From Isurus oxyrinchus (taxonomy: Eukaryota): 64,000 bases of DNA. The stretch's first letter is position 1. Each line of letters begins with the position of its first letter. Position numbers and translations under genes: made by a program. Shown piece by piece: positions 1-12,941 of this stretch. The stretch lies in contig JANJGN010000002.1 of the NCBI GenBank assembly GCA_026770705.1, forward strand, positions 48,794,001 through 48,858,000, in the 5' to 3' direction. The notes under the pieces are model-generated. The model did no database searches and was not told the origin of the DNA. It was given only the letters and a program-made list of their open reading frames with translations.

Positions 1-799
1 GTCCAAGGATTTTTGTGGACCTGAATAACCTAATTCACCAAACTTAATCCTTAAGCCAAAGCTATGCCCTCGTACATTTCTTTCCCAAATGGCTGCTTTT
101 GGCTTTCAGCTATTTAGCTTTGTGAGTCGCGCGGGAAGAATTTTGTCTTCGCTGCCTGGTTGGTAATTGAGGGAAGTGATCACCTTCCCTTTATAGAACT
201 TGCCCAATTTTCACTCCAGAATATATGAAGCCTTTGCTCAGAGCTTTTTAGTCTGGTCCCAAAAGTAATTTATTTGCTAAGAAGTTATAGCTTAAAAGCC
301 CAAGTTAAATAGCAAGTTATATAGAGAACAGCTATATGCATTATGTTCATTATTGGATATAAGGCAAAATTGGATGGCAAGGCATGACCATTTTGGTTCC
401 ATAAATGTAAAGTAACCAAATACCTTAAAACAGAGAAACCCCAATCAGGGAGTTCTAATTTTCACCAGTCGGGTTTTATTCTGGTTTTCAGTGGTGAAAA
501 GGGCAAAAGTGTAGGTTTATGGGATGAGATATTGACACTGAGGGATAAAGTGCTCATGCTCAGAGCCATGGAGTGCTCATTCTGTCTGCTGATTTCCCAA
601 TTCCAGCAGCATTGAGTGCAGACAGTAGAGTTGTCCCACCGGGAGCTGTGTAGGGACAGAGAGAAAATTGGAAGAGAGACTTCAACAGCACTTCCTTCCC
701 CTGTGACCTCTACCACCGAGAAGGACAATAGCGGCAGTGTTGTGAAAACACTGCCACCTCCAAGTTCTCTTCTAAATCTCACATTTCCTGATTTGGATA

Positions 800-990
800 T
801 ATCTCATTGTTCATTGTTGTTGTGGCAGTGACCTGGAATTCCCTGTCTTGTATCCTACAAGTAGAATGATCGCCACAAAAACCTCAATAGTTCAAGGAGA
901 ATGCTCATTACCTTCCTTTCAGGGCAACTAAAGATCGGCAATAAATACAACCTTTCCAGCATTGCCTATACCCTTTGAACAAATGAAAAG
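800..990 (+). mobile_element. Degenerate CR1-type LINE 3' end
   Basis: cctggaattccct...gttcaaggagaatgctcattaccttcctttcagggcaacta...ggcaataaata... resembles the 3' tail of a common shark CR1-like LINE; recognised from memory, heavily diverged. Confidence 0.5.
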
Positions 991-3699
991 TCATGTCTGT
1001 TGATCCCCCAATGTTTTGTGGTGGCCATTTACAAGGACCATTGGCTGCTAGTAGAAACAGGCCATTCATCCTCAGCATCTTGTCAAGATCAGAGAGACAG
1101 AAGATACGGGTTAATTTAACAGAAGAAAAATGGCATTAAAAATTAAAAGAAACATAACTGTGCTATCAAATTCAAACATTATACATCAGTAAAAGAAAAA
1201 CGTATGCTAACTGTACTGATTCAAAGTCTCAGAATCCTGAAAGCCAACTATGATCGTTTATATGTTTTTTTTATTTTAATTACATTCAAAAGAATGTATT
1301 AATCATTTCATCCTGTCACTCCAGGTTCCATTTTTTCTTTGTGTTACACTGTACTAAATGGTGATGGAATTCATTATCCTTTCTGTGGTACTGTAATTAA
1401 CTGAAATCCGCACAACCTAATTTTGTGCACAAACATATCCTGAAGATTGCTTTGGCTTGTATAAAAAGTAATACAGTTAGGCTTGTGCAGAACAAATTTA
1501 ATTTGATAGCAGGTGGTTTGATAAATCAAGAGCCATGTACTTTTCTTTCGGGCTTGGATTATTGGGGTGAAAGGAAAAGTCTTCAAAAGCTCTGTTTTCG
1601 ACATATTGGTTGTTTAAGATCCAGAACTGAATCTAATGCAAATCAGATTTTGACCATGGAAATGTTAAATTGTACGTTTTTTATTATAAAGGTTATTTTT
1701 GTATTAAAGTAAAGGCCATGACTGCATAGCAAGGAGAGAAATTAGAATACCGCTAGTTCATATTTCGAAAAATGAAATTGAGATTCCCTAGAGGTTTGTA
1801 AGCAGTTGCTTTAGGGAAGAGGAAACATTTAATGCAGCACTGAAAGGAGCCAAAATAAAGAGCTCACTGCTTCTTCTGTAGGCTGTAAGTAGCACATGAA
1901 ATGCAGCTTCCAGCATCCACATATTCAGCATCAGCATTGGGTTTCATGTTTTGTTAAAGACAGCAATGTGTAGCAGGTAAAATGAACTTTTTAGGAATAT
2001 TAGATGATTATTTCGGTGCTGTATATCAGAGCTGTCAAAATGTATCAACACACTTGATCATACACTTAATCTTCAAAAGTTCTGTACAAATTTCTCAAAA
2101 ATAATTTTTAATTCATAAATGTGCCCTTCTGGATTCCAAAATATTACAGGTTATCCTGATATTCTATACCATTTGTAAGACATCTCTGACCATTAAAAAT
2201 TCTGGGTAGGCACAAAGGAAATTTTTTGTTGCAACTCTTCCCTGTTGCCATACATAATGTTTTCTTGTGCAAATTACTGCTGAGTATCAAGCAGTTCTTT
2301 AAAAAGACAGTATTGTGCAGTCTGCAGATGTGTCTGTGTCACTCCTTGTTCAATTTCATATTTGAGGATTATGGAAAGGCACCCTTTCTTTTATTCCTGC
2401 AACTACCACCCCCCATCCCTTCACCCTCCCCACCACCATCACACCTCCCCACACCGTCACCAGCCACCCTCAGAAACCAATGCCAAAACAGTTCCCTTGT
2501 GCACAATGAAAATATACTTAAGCTCACCTGCATCAGTTTAAGAATCAAACAAAAATCTTAGCCATATGCATGTCTCAGAACTCCTGACTATGTTAACTTG
2601 TATTAAGCTGAAAGAAATTGCAAAATGATTGGGTTTCATTCTCTGAGCTGTTTCAATAATTGACTTTTTTAATTTACAACCTCCGAATTTAACACAGTAT
2701 GCTAGCACTAGTAATGAAGATTAAATGAAGTCTTACTGAAAGCATCAAAATGAAGATAGATTGAGTCAACAAAAACATTTGCTATAGATTAATGTTATAG
2801 TATAGTTGTGGATCTATTTTAAAGCTCTTCTGCAGTTTTTATTTCTGTCTGCTTCTGGGTTGCTAGAAGTAGAATGGGTAAGGCAGTTGGAATTATAGTA
2901 ATTACTCAGGAGTTTAACAAAATGCTGAAAATAGATTTTTTAAGTTTGCTTAATCCTGAAATGTTCTAAATGTTATAATTTTAAAAGATCAAAACAGGTT
3001 TTCCAGATAGCAACATAAGGTCTGCTCATGTTATATTCATATTACAATGCACAGTTCAACTTTATGAGAAATGCTACGATTGTCACCCATCACTGTAAAG
3101 CAGTGTTATACAGCAGGTACCTTAACCAAACGGCAGAGGGGATTGAGTGCCTGATGATTTGTAAGATAATATAAAGCAGACAAAATGTCATTTGTGCCAA
3201 GCAAAGTTAACCTCCAGTTTCTTGTCAAGAAATTCTGACAAAAAGCATTCAAGAAGAAAAGATACAGATAGACAATATGATGTCTTTGCAAAGCACAATT
3301 TAAGTCATGGGGGATACACTAAAAAAGCTGGAGGACCTTATTTTGGGCTGTTTTATTATCCTGTGCAAGGCACATAATTTTATAGCCTTTTCTGTAAAGC
3401 ATGAAATTTGCAAGTGCCTGCTTCTGATCCAACTATCTTTTGTTTCCAGTACAATATGCTGATAGAAACAGAAGGGGGTGATGGGCAGTGTAATGTAATA
3501 CTCTCAGCTTGCAAATATTTAGTATAATTTAACTCCTTGACTCCTATTCATCATCACATAATAAACTTAAGTCTATTTGCTGAGCTGACTGTATCACTAA
3601 AATCAAACTGGTCAGTATGTGCCCTCTTAACCAGGCACACGAAGGCCCTTTACTGTTGTGTAAACATAACCGTTCATTTCTTTTTGGGGTAAGGGGAAA

Positions 3700-4590
3700 C
3701 CTGCATTGCTACAGCTGTCAGGGCTGAGCTTTAGTATGCAACCTGTTGTGGCACTGACTCCCCTGTGGCATGCTGCAGTTCGTTTTCCAAACATGCAGCA
3801 TTGTTTTTAAATATGGAAATATATGGCCGTCATTATTGGTGCATTTCTTCAAACGTGTCCAGCATTTGAACCTCAGGCTATAAAAATGTTGATCGGAAAA
3901 TGGCAGCAGTCAGTTGATGAATGCAGAAGAGAGAAGCATAAATCAGTGCAGGGCACTTCTTTCCTTTTCTCCCCCCCTCGTGTCCACCGAGAATTGTTGT
4001 CTATTGGTTCAGAAAATGGAGAAATGAATCTAGCAATACCCAGTGCTGGTTAGCAGATTGTCATTTTTGGGTTTGATGTTCTTTGGTATAATTGTCTTTC
4101 ATGTGAACAATGGCAGGAGATCTCTGGTGAGCCATGGAAGCATGATAAAAGAGGCTGATCTTGCATAGCAATGTCTTTTATTATTAGTGTATAAAATTAG
4201 CAAGCTGGATGTTGTTAGAATTAGCTTTACTGATGTTAATTGTAATGCAGTATGAATTCCGTTAGCAGATTGTGCAGTAATTCTTCGTAAGGCGATAGCT
4301 GCACCGATAGGTACTATTAATAGCCTTTTACTTATATTGTATCGTTTTAGTAGGCTTTAATAAGGCAGTCGCCGTCAACGGGAATTTATTAGAAAAGTGT
4401 AGTAATTGATGTATTGCAGCAAGTATGGGCAGAGGCTGAAGTTGATTAATGTATGAGTTGGCTTTTTTAAGGCAGTTTAAAAAGGCTTCTTAACTGGGTC
4501 TTCGGAGACCAACACAAACCCACTGTAAACTACTTCATTCCAGTCGGAAAATGACTTGACAGCTGCTCCAGTCTCTGGTGGTTTTGCTTT
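3700..4590. promoter_or_regulatory. Candidate conserved non-coding element / enhancer
   Basis: Repeat-free, no credible ORF; retains CpGs (4285-4308, 4370-4381) in a CpG-poor background; many TAAT/ATTA and ATTGT/ACAAT motifs; 13-mer gttagcagattgt occurs twice (4049, 4261). Confidence 0.5.
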
Positions 4591-6599
4591 TCTGATCAGA
4601 GAAAATTGAAGTAATATAGTACTCATCAATAATTGCAGTGCTTAAAAATCTTATAAAGGGATTTTGACTGTTTTCCCCCCTGGAGATAAGTTTTCAAAGG
4701 TTAAATTAGTTTTACTTGCATTTGCTTCATATATTCAACCCAGAGTAAGGATCAGTTGTGCTTTAAATGGACTGCTGGTTGTGAGTTGCATGAAATTAAC
4801 ATCTTTGTGACTATCTACAGTGTTTAACTGCAAAGTGGTCTCTTCTGGGCAGCAAGTCTTTGTGTCTGCCATACTATATAGAGACTATACATTAAAAGCA
4901 CAACAGGGAAACTGGGAGGGAGTCATAGTGATGCCATTCTCCAGTAAAACTATACAGTGCCCCCAGCAATTCCATCATTTTGACATGAACAAAGACCTGA
5001 GAAAGATACCTTTATGAATACTTTGTATATTTTATATATTTCATGAAGACGATTAAATAACATATTCAAATTTCTAAATACTGAGCTGTATAATAGAAGC
5101 ATTCTGTTTGCACGTTTGATAGTTTTGCTCAAAAATATATAAAATATCAACGCTGAATGTTAAAGAGGCATTTTTACCACAGAGCTAAGTTGTGGTTCAT
5201 TGTTTAGTTTCAAGAAAAAGTGGACACTTGCAGTAGTTTTTAAAAGCTTTGCTATAAATTATAACTAGACCATCTCGCGTCACTCAAATCTCTGGCCAAG
5301 AAATTTTATGTACAGTAAACAAACAACTATCACGTAGTATGTGAACAAAAATGGTATGAAAGATAAAAGTGCCAGACATTGTTAACAGCTGCCCTCTTGT
5401 CGCTTGTTCAAAAATGCTTCCCAGCAGAATATGCATTTGCTTTGCCTAGTAAACCTTCCTGGTATTATTTTTAACTGTGTATTTTCTTCAGCCGCATTGA
5501 AAGCTTTATTTTGTACCTCACAGATATTTCCCCTCATATGCAACCCTCCAGAGAAGCTTAGCATTGTTTCCCTTAGTTTTGCTATTGAAAGCCTGCACAT
5601 ACATAAAGACCTTCTATTAATGATAAACAGTTTAACAATGTTTCATGTTTATTTGACAGTTATACTGTGATTCCTAAAGTTGTTGGATAAAGTCATTTCG
5701 CTTTTCTGCAGACACCTAAAACATGCAAGTTAAGCAGGTATTTACTGATTGTGAAAGTATTGGAAAACCAAAAAGCATTTTATTGCTCACTGGCAGTATA
5801 CTTCTCAACTGCCCCACATCTTGTGAGGCACCACACAAAGAACCTCTGCCGAGACTGACTGATTCAGTTCACATTAACCAAGAGTTCATCTTATTAAAGC
5901 ACAGAGTCCTCTCAATAATGATTCTTTAAAATAAGCTTTGACAGAAGATTCCTGATGATGGCTGCAGCCAGTTCCAACTGTCCCTCACTCCAGGTAATTT
6001 TTGGACATTATTATGGTTTGTGCCTGACATTGACTGGTACAGAAATTCACTGCAGAGTTTAACCTTGCACCTTTATTTATGGAATACTATTGTTTTTCTT
6101 GTTCTTTCAGCTTTGGTACCAATCCATGGGATTGCATTTATGTTAAGTCAGGCTGTCAATTAACTTTTCAATTTTAGCATGCACATTGCCATTTTACCCT
6201 GCTGATGTATTATGTTTGCAGTTTCTAAATTTAAAATGTATGACTTCTTTTTCACCCTGCCCAAAACTCCCACTAATATTAATACAATTGATGTAAGTTT
6301 ATTGCATATGCATAAATACTTCATGTATTTTATGCTCATTTCAAAATATTTATTTCTTTTATCTCAGCCTACCCTGGGACATTCGCTCCTTGCCCCTCTA
6401 GGCATTCAGCTTATTTGAGGTTCCAGTGAATAACACTCTTGAGCTTAATATGAAGAGGAATGCACGAATGGCTTCCGCTGACATGTCTCCGTACCTTGCA
6501 TCAAAAGATATGTATGGCTAAGATTGGGATCTCACTGTAGGCCATTTTCAACTTATGGCTGTCCATCTTTTCCAAGGAAAGTGGAAACTGAAGCCTGCA

Positions 6600-6695
6600 G
6601 CAGAATTTTATGGCCCTGTTGCAGCAGGGGTTTGGCCGTAAACTGAGGCGAGCCGTTCAAAACCCCACTGATTTTGGCAGACCATAAAATTCTGC
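6600..6695. mobile_element. 96 bp MITE (PIF/Harbinger-type)
   Basis: Perfect 14 bp terminal inverted repeat gcagaattttatgg (6600-6613) / ccataaaattctgc (6682-6695). Confidence 0.7.
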
Positions 6696-7519
6696 CCCTG
6701 GATTTTCATCCTCGAGGGGTAAATTGTGAGTCAGGCCATTTCCCCACCTTTTGATCTTCTCTCCTGTCCGCAATGCCTCCCTTGTTATTTTCATCATGGG
6801 GTGGCGGTGATGGCTGGAGTCATTGCCATAATTTCCTGAGGGCCCAGGGTCAGGGGAAAGAAGGCGAGTGGATGCCGAGGTTGGCAGATTTTAAGGTTGG
6901 CACCTGTGTTCACTGGGACATGACAGTTAGCTACCCTATCCCTCACCACCCTCAAACCCCCTACATACTCTCGACCACTCTCTATGCCTCCCATCTGGTT
7001 CAACAGATGGCTGACTTATTTGTTTGACATATCGGTCTTCAGTGCAGCCTCTGAAGCAGTCCAACCAGATGGCCAATGGTTCAACCTGCTTCAAAGATTT
7101 TGGTGTATTAGCTCTAGAGCCTTTGTTGACAGAGTTGTGCAATGGAATCCCATTATGAAGGTTTCACTGAGCTCCAAATTCAGTTAATAGATTCAGCTGT
7201 GTAACAGTGTTTACTCAGCTGTCAACGGGACTTTGAGTTTTGTTTGATTGACAGTTTAATGAACTACTGAGACAATTATGTTTCTTTGAAGTGGTTTTTG
7301 AATGTCTGCTTGTTAACTTTGAGAGTCTTATAAGCACTTTAGTGTTTAAATGGATTTTTAAAAATTTTGACATTTTCATGAGCATTTCAAAAACTTCCCA
7401 ATGTTATTACAGGGGCCTTGAGTTTTACCCATAGTGAATACTGGAAGAATGTTTCAAAGGCTCAACAGATGTAAAGACGAAAACACAGGTCCAAATGGTG
7501 CATTAATCTCTGATTCTCT

Positions 7520-8172
7520 GGGTAGAACTTTCCCCCCTTTGGTGGGGGGGAGATATTGTGCGGGGGCGGGCGTGGGCCCGATTGGTGCCCCCGATTGGGT
7601 CCGCAATGCCATTTTACCTAGGCGGGCCTTAATTTCCCCACTCAGCGTGATGTGCACCCGGAAATGCTGAGCACTCCCTGTGCGGGCAGGGGGGCGGGGC
7701 GTTCCCTGAGTCAGGCCCTGCAGGGGCGGTCCCTGAGTCAGGCACAGAGTTGCCTCAGGGAGATTATTAATAAAATTTTAATAAAGGACAAAAAAAATGA
7801 CAGTATCACATGAGCTGGGACATGTCAATGAGTTTTGATGAAAAAAATTATTTAATTTATAAACCCTTCATGAAACCTCATCGCGCCGATGAGGTTCCAT
7901 GAAAAATGCAAAGGACGCCTCGGCTCTTCGCCTGGCCCGCCAACCTTAAGGTTGGACAGGCAGCTTTGTCAATAGGCTTAATTAGCTAATTAATGACCTT
8001 AACAAGCCTTTGACAGTTCGGTAGGCGTGCAGCTGAGTTGGCTGCACGCTCGCCAAACTGAAAATCTAAATGACGCACTGTGACATCAGGACACACGCCT
8101 GATGTCACCCCGCATCATTTTACGCCTCAGTGAGCGGGCCCTGTCCCCATTTGCCGAGCCAAAGGTTCAACC
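7520..8172 (+). mobile_element. Non-autonomous PIF/Harbinger-type DNA element
   Basis: GC-rich ends gggtagaacttt...aaaggttcaacc; same family as 57028-57726 in opposite orientation (shared gccattttac..aggcgggcc, aaggttgg, catcattttacgc blocks). Confidence 0.65.
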
Positions 8173-8742
8173 TTCTATAACGTTGAATGCATAAGACCTC
8201 TTTCTCAATTGGAGAAAGTACTGTAATGCATGTCAATCCTTACACAATGCTGGCCAATTTAATGGTCACTTACCTTTTAATGACAGAGCTTTATGATCAA
8301 TCAGTGCATTAAAAACATAAATAACTTATTATACAGAATCTAATTATGACATTTGGAGTTGGCAAGACCTCAACTTGTCAAAAAAGTTCCCAGCTCCACA
8401 ATAGGCTCCCCCAAAGATTCATGACTCTTCTGAGGTGCCATGAATTGCATCTCCAAATAAAACTGGACTAACTTCATGAAAATAGTGGAGGGATGGGGAG
8501 GGGGCCCAAAATGCCCACCCTTGTGATGTAATAGGCAAGGTCTCGCTACCCACACTTTTATTCAGGGGCCATGAAAATCCCATAAGCTTGGAATGGGGGT
8601 GTGAATCTCAGAATTGGATCTCGCCTGCCATTTTAAAATCCCGCCATCTCCCTTTCAACATAGATGGAGGCATGAAAATCTGCTTTAAAGTCTCCAGATT
8701 TGCTTGGGATCTCAACTTAGTCTGTTGTTTACCAGGTGTGCA

Positions 8743-9371
8743 TTTGATTGCAAGAGGACTTGAGTACAAGAGCGAGGATGTCTTACTGCAGCTATACAGG
8801 GCCCTGCTGAGGCCACACCTGGAATATTGTGTGCAGTTTTGCTCTCCTTACCTAAGAAAGGATATATTTGCCATAGAGGGAGTGCAGCGAAAGTTCACCA
8901 GACTGATTCCTTGGATGGCAAGATTGTATGAGGAGAGATTGGGGCGAATAGGCCTGTATTCACTGGAGTATAAAGAATGAAAGGGGATCTCATTGAAACA
9001 TATAAAATTCTTTCAGGGCTGGACAGATTGGATGCAGGGATGATGTATCCACAGGCTGGGGGATCTAGAATGAGGGGTCACAATCTTAGGACGCAGAGTA
9101 GGCCATTTAGGACTGAGATGCGGAGAAACGTCTTCACTCAAAGGGTGGTCAACCTGTGGAATTCTCTACCTCAGAAGGCTGTGGAGGCCAAGCCACTGAA
9201 TATATTTAAGAAGGAAATAGATTTCTAGACTCTAAAGGCATCAAGGGGTATGTGGAGAGAAGTGGGTGCATGGCATTGAGGTAGAGGATCAGCCATGATC
9301 CTATTGAATGGTGGAGCAGGCTCGAAGGGCCGAATGACCTACTCCTACTTCTACTTTCTATGTTTCTATGT
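8743..9371 (+). mobile_element. CR1 LINE, 5'-truncated (RT C-terminus + 3'UTR)
   Basis: ARGLEYKSEDVLLQLYRALLRPHLEYCVQF..RKDI..IEGVQRKFTRLIP and GDLIETYKIL..RNVFTQRVVNLWNSLPQKAVEA; tail ctactttctatgtttctatg. Confidence 0.95.
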
Positions 9372-9674
9372 TGACATCATTTTGACTCAAATGCATTTTA
9401 GTAGTCTAGGCTGCCTGTCTGAAATAGGTGGATGTCTGATATAAATAATGGTCTATATCAAGAGCTTGCTGCCATTTTCAACTTACTCAAAGTTAAATTT
9501 GTCGGTTATAAAACCTGCCCATAAATCCTTTGTGATGATAATTAGAAGGGATACTTGTACCAATGTTAATTAAAGCAGTCTTCAGTTGAAATGAGCCAAG
9601 TAGCTGGTTAGTCATTTTAAAATGCAAGTGGGCTTTTTATACCTATTTCTGGCTGTATTGGCAAGATGGGGTGG

Positions 9675-10460
9675 CTCTGGAGTATGTGCAGCATTTTCCT
9701 TATCTTGGCAGCCACCTCTCCCAAAGGACTATCATCGATGAGGAAGTCCAAAACCGAGGAAACTGTGCCAGTGCTACCTTCTTCAAGTCTTTGTCAACAG
9801 GGACCTTTGCAAGTCAACAAATGTTCTGGTTTCTAAGGCTGTTATGTTGACCACCCTCTGCTACTGCAGTGAAACATGGACTGTTTACCAACACCATGTT
9901 AAGATCCTTGAGAGCAGTGCTTGCGTCGAATCCTGGGGATCAAATGGGAGGACCTCTAGATTAATGCGAGTGTCCTCCATGAAACTGTATCTACCAGCAT
10001 TGAAGTGCTGCTCCTGCAAAACCAACTCTGATGAATGGGCCATTGCGTCTGGATGCCTGAAAACCACCTCCCTCGGCAGGTTCTCTTCTCACAGTTCCTT
10101 TTTTGTCAACGCTCAAAAGGCAACCAAAGGAAAAGCTGTAAGGATATGCTCAAGGTCACGGTAAAGCACCGAGGCATTAACACCACTAACTGGGAGGAGA
10201 ATGCTGCCAGTTGCTTGCCATGGCACCACCTAGTCCATCAAGGCGCAAGCCACTTTGAGGCTCAGCGATTCGACAGTGAGGCAAAACGGCGGCTACAGAG
10301 GAAGTTGAAGGAAGCCTGGGCTGCAATTTCCACTCCCCTGTGCAACAACATGCCCCCGCTGTGGAAGAACATATGGATCCAGAATTGGGCTCCTCAGTCA
10401 TCTGAAGTCTTACCAATCCTGACGGACGTCATCCTCGATTCTGAGGGACCGCTGACGATT
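9675..10460 (+). mobile_element. RTE-clade LINE, 5'-truncated, decayed
   Basis: LEYVQHFPYLGSHLSQRTIIDEEVQNR, LTTLCYCSETWTVY, MGHCVWMPENHLPRQVLFSQ motifs across frameshifts; homologous to 62670-63784. Confidence 0.85.
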
Positions 10461-10464
10461 TTGG

Positions 10465-12792
10465 AGCTGGGAGAAAATTTCTGCCTAGGGGCTTTTGCAC
10501 AAATATCGTCTGGCAATAAGGGCCTGCAGCCCAGCCTGCTGTTTGACTGGAGGACCACGAAGAGAAAGAACAGCAACAAGTAATGGAAGGACCTGCAGCT
10601 ACAGAGAAAAGAGTGAAGGAGAAGAGACTGCAGGTGTTCTTATCCCACATGAGTATATGGGACAAAAGCATCTTCCCTGCAGTTCACTTCAGAGGGGAGG
10701 TTTGAGCAAGTGATGTTATCTGTCACAGCACTAACTAGAGCCAAGAAACTAGGTCACAAACTTCATTACCTGTGGCTCTCAAGATGACAGTGGGCCTGAA
10801 TTTTATGCCTCAGGGTCACTTTAGGCTGTAGCAGGTGACAGACACAATCTCCACCAAAGCAGACCAGCTCAGCACTTTCCCTATGGAGACTGCAAGACAG
10901 GAAGACAGGATTTTGGGCTTCACCACAATCGCAGGTCTTTCTTGCAGGTCTTTCTTGCCAAGCTAGCTTTGTGTCAAGAGCCTGGAGAATACGTGAACAG
11001 GAAGGATGTCCATTTGCTGGCTGTGCAGTGCATAGTGTTAGTCTGTGCACTGTTTCCTGGCAGTTGCCATGATGCATTTACCCTGTATCAGCTCTCAATT
11101 ATCCCTTGCTTGCAGCTGCACTATTGGGTGATAGGGAGGCTGTTATTGGAATGAGTGATGTCCTGTGAATCCATGGCTCAGGTCACCTGTCAGAAACCCG
11201 TGCAGAGGCACAGAAGTGTGATATATTCAGAGCCATGTCTCTATCACAGGTCTGCACAAATTATCCTGAAACAGGATGTTCAGTATGAAAGCATCCTGCA
11301 GCATAGTTTTGAGGAAGTCCTCAGACTTGCTGTAGAATGTTGTACACTGCATAAATTTGCTCTGCAAAGGGAGTGACCATTGGTGCCACCTAGGGATGAA
11401 GAGGTAGAGGCAGACCAGCAAGAAGTACCATAGGATTCTGAGGAAGAGCAAGGGTACTGATCCTGTCAGCACCAGAGCTATCTGCCAGCTGTTCATTAAG
11501 GAATGCAATCATTCCTGCCCCCACCCTGCCCCCATCCACACCAACAGTCCCTTCTACCATCAGACCCAGTCCTTCAATTCTCCAGATGAATGATCTCAAC
11601 TTAAACATCAGCATTAGTATTTCTACACATCACATAGCACGGTCAATAAACAATGAAGTTCTGCACAACAGGAAGCTCAGTGAAAATTTGTAATGCCAAG
11701 TTGACAGAAAAGAAAAAGAAAAAGTGTCACTCCGAGTGCTGTCCTTTAGGTGCTCTTCATGCTCACCTTGAGCTTACCACCAGTGGCTACAGGATGAGAG
11801 ATGAAAGGCATCTCTGTTTCCATTGAGAATGCTTGAGATGGCTATCATGAGTGACCTCGAGGAGTTCGGACCTGAGAAGGCTCAACTACAGAATGCAGCA
11901 TCTTGGTTACTGTCAGAGCACTTTGACCCAGTTGCCTTTTTGACACCAGCATGAGCACTGTTTGACGAGGTGGCAAGGAATCAGTCCTACTTTTGTCTTG
12001 AGAGGATACAGCAAGTGACCCCTCCAGAGGCGCTGGTGTCGTTGCCACTCTTGTGAGATGTGCTGTGATCCTTCTCATGTCTGAATTCCTCGAGATCACT
12101 CATGATGACCATCTCAAGCACTCTCATTGGATGCAGAGCAGCATCCCATCTTCCATTTTGTAGCCACTGGTGGAGCAATTTGCAGGAACATGAGACTAGC
12201 ATTTAAAGTGTTGAAGTGGTGTGAAAGTTTGAAAGTCCCTATCTATACTTTTCTTCATGCTTAAGCAAGCTGCAGATCTTTGAAACTCACAGTCTGAAAG
12301 GCAGCAGCCTGAGCTTCCATTGGCAGTTGTTAGAAATTCCACTACTGCTACCGAGCCCTTGGCGTGATGTATTCATCTTCTCAGCTACTTTTGCCCACTG
12401 TTGCCAGGCTATTGATCTTGCTGGCCTCCTCCCATCGTCCAGCAATAGGACCTCCTTCGCCCGTTTCCCTTTTCCATAAGAACCATCATAGATTGCCTGA
12501 AAATGTTTGCAGCACTCTTTGGAACTGCATACTCCACATTCAATCACTGGAGCATAATAGTGCGGGCGAAGTAAACATCCCCTTTAAGAGGCACAGGCTG
12601 CAACTAAATCCCTGAATTGACCCCCTGTCAATAGGTGAGCTGCCAGCAACCAGCTGGATTAACACTGGCAGTTCCCCCTTCATATAGAACTGAGACAGAA
12701 ACCCATTTATGGTTTGCACTCTATCCCGGCCTGGCCCCAATGATGCCTCACCCATTTTGCATTCACTTTAGGCAACAATTAAAAATCCCCCC
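10465..12792 (-). mobile_element. Decayed PIF/Harbinger element with Myb/SANT (trihelix) gene relic
   Basis: Minus ORF 12287-12547 has KEVLLLDDGRRPARSIAWQQWAKVAEKMN, typical of Harbinger Myb/SANT proteins; GC-rich ends; extent uncertain. Confidence 0.55.
11821..12129. repeat. 60 bp inverted repeat with ~190 bp spacer
   Basis: 11821-11880 vs reverse complement of 12070-12129, about 52/60 identical. Confidence 0.85.
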
Positions 12793-12892
12793 CTCCATAC
12801 CATTCGAAGAATTGAAGACAGGCAATGAGCCCACATTTTTGTGCATCTCCACTGAATTTGATAAAACATGTAAATTCTATTTTCTCAGTAGT

Positions 12893-12941
12893 TTCACAAG
12901 CCTTCACAAGCCTTATGGAAGGTTCACAAGCCTTATGGAAG
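12893..12941. repeat. Short tandem duplication (ttcacaagcc / ttcacaagccttatggaag x2)
   Basis: Direct reading. Confidence 0.8.

Noticed and set aside
5945-5993. Possible small exon (acag|...CAG|gtaatt)
   Set aside because: Weak polypyrimidine tract, unrecognised peptide, no partner exons
10035-10583. 182 aa ORF, the longest in the track
   Set aside because: Decayed RTE LINE C-terminus running into flanking DNA
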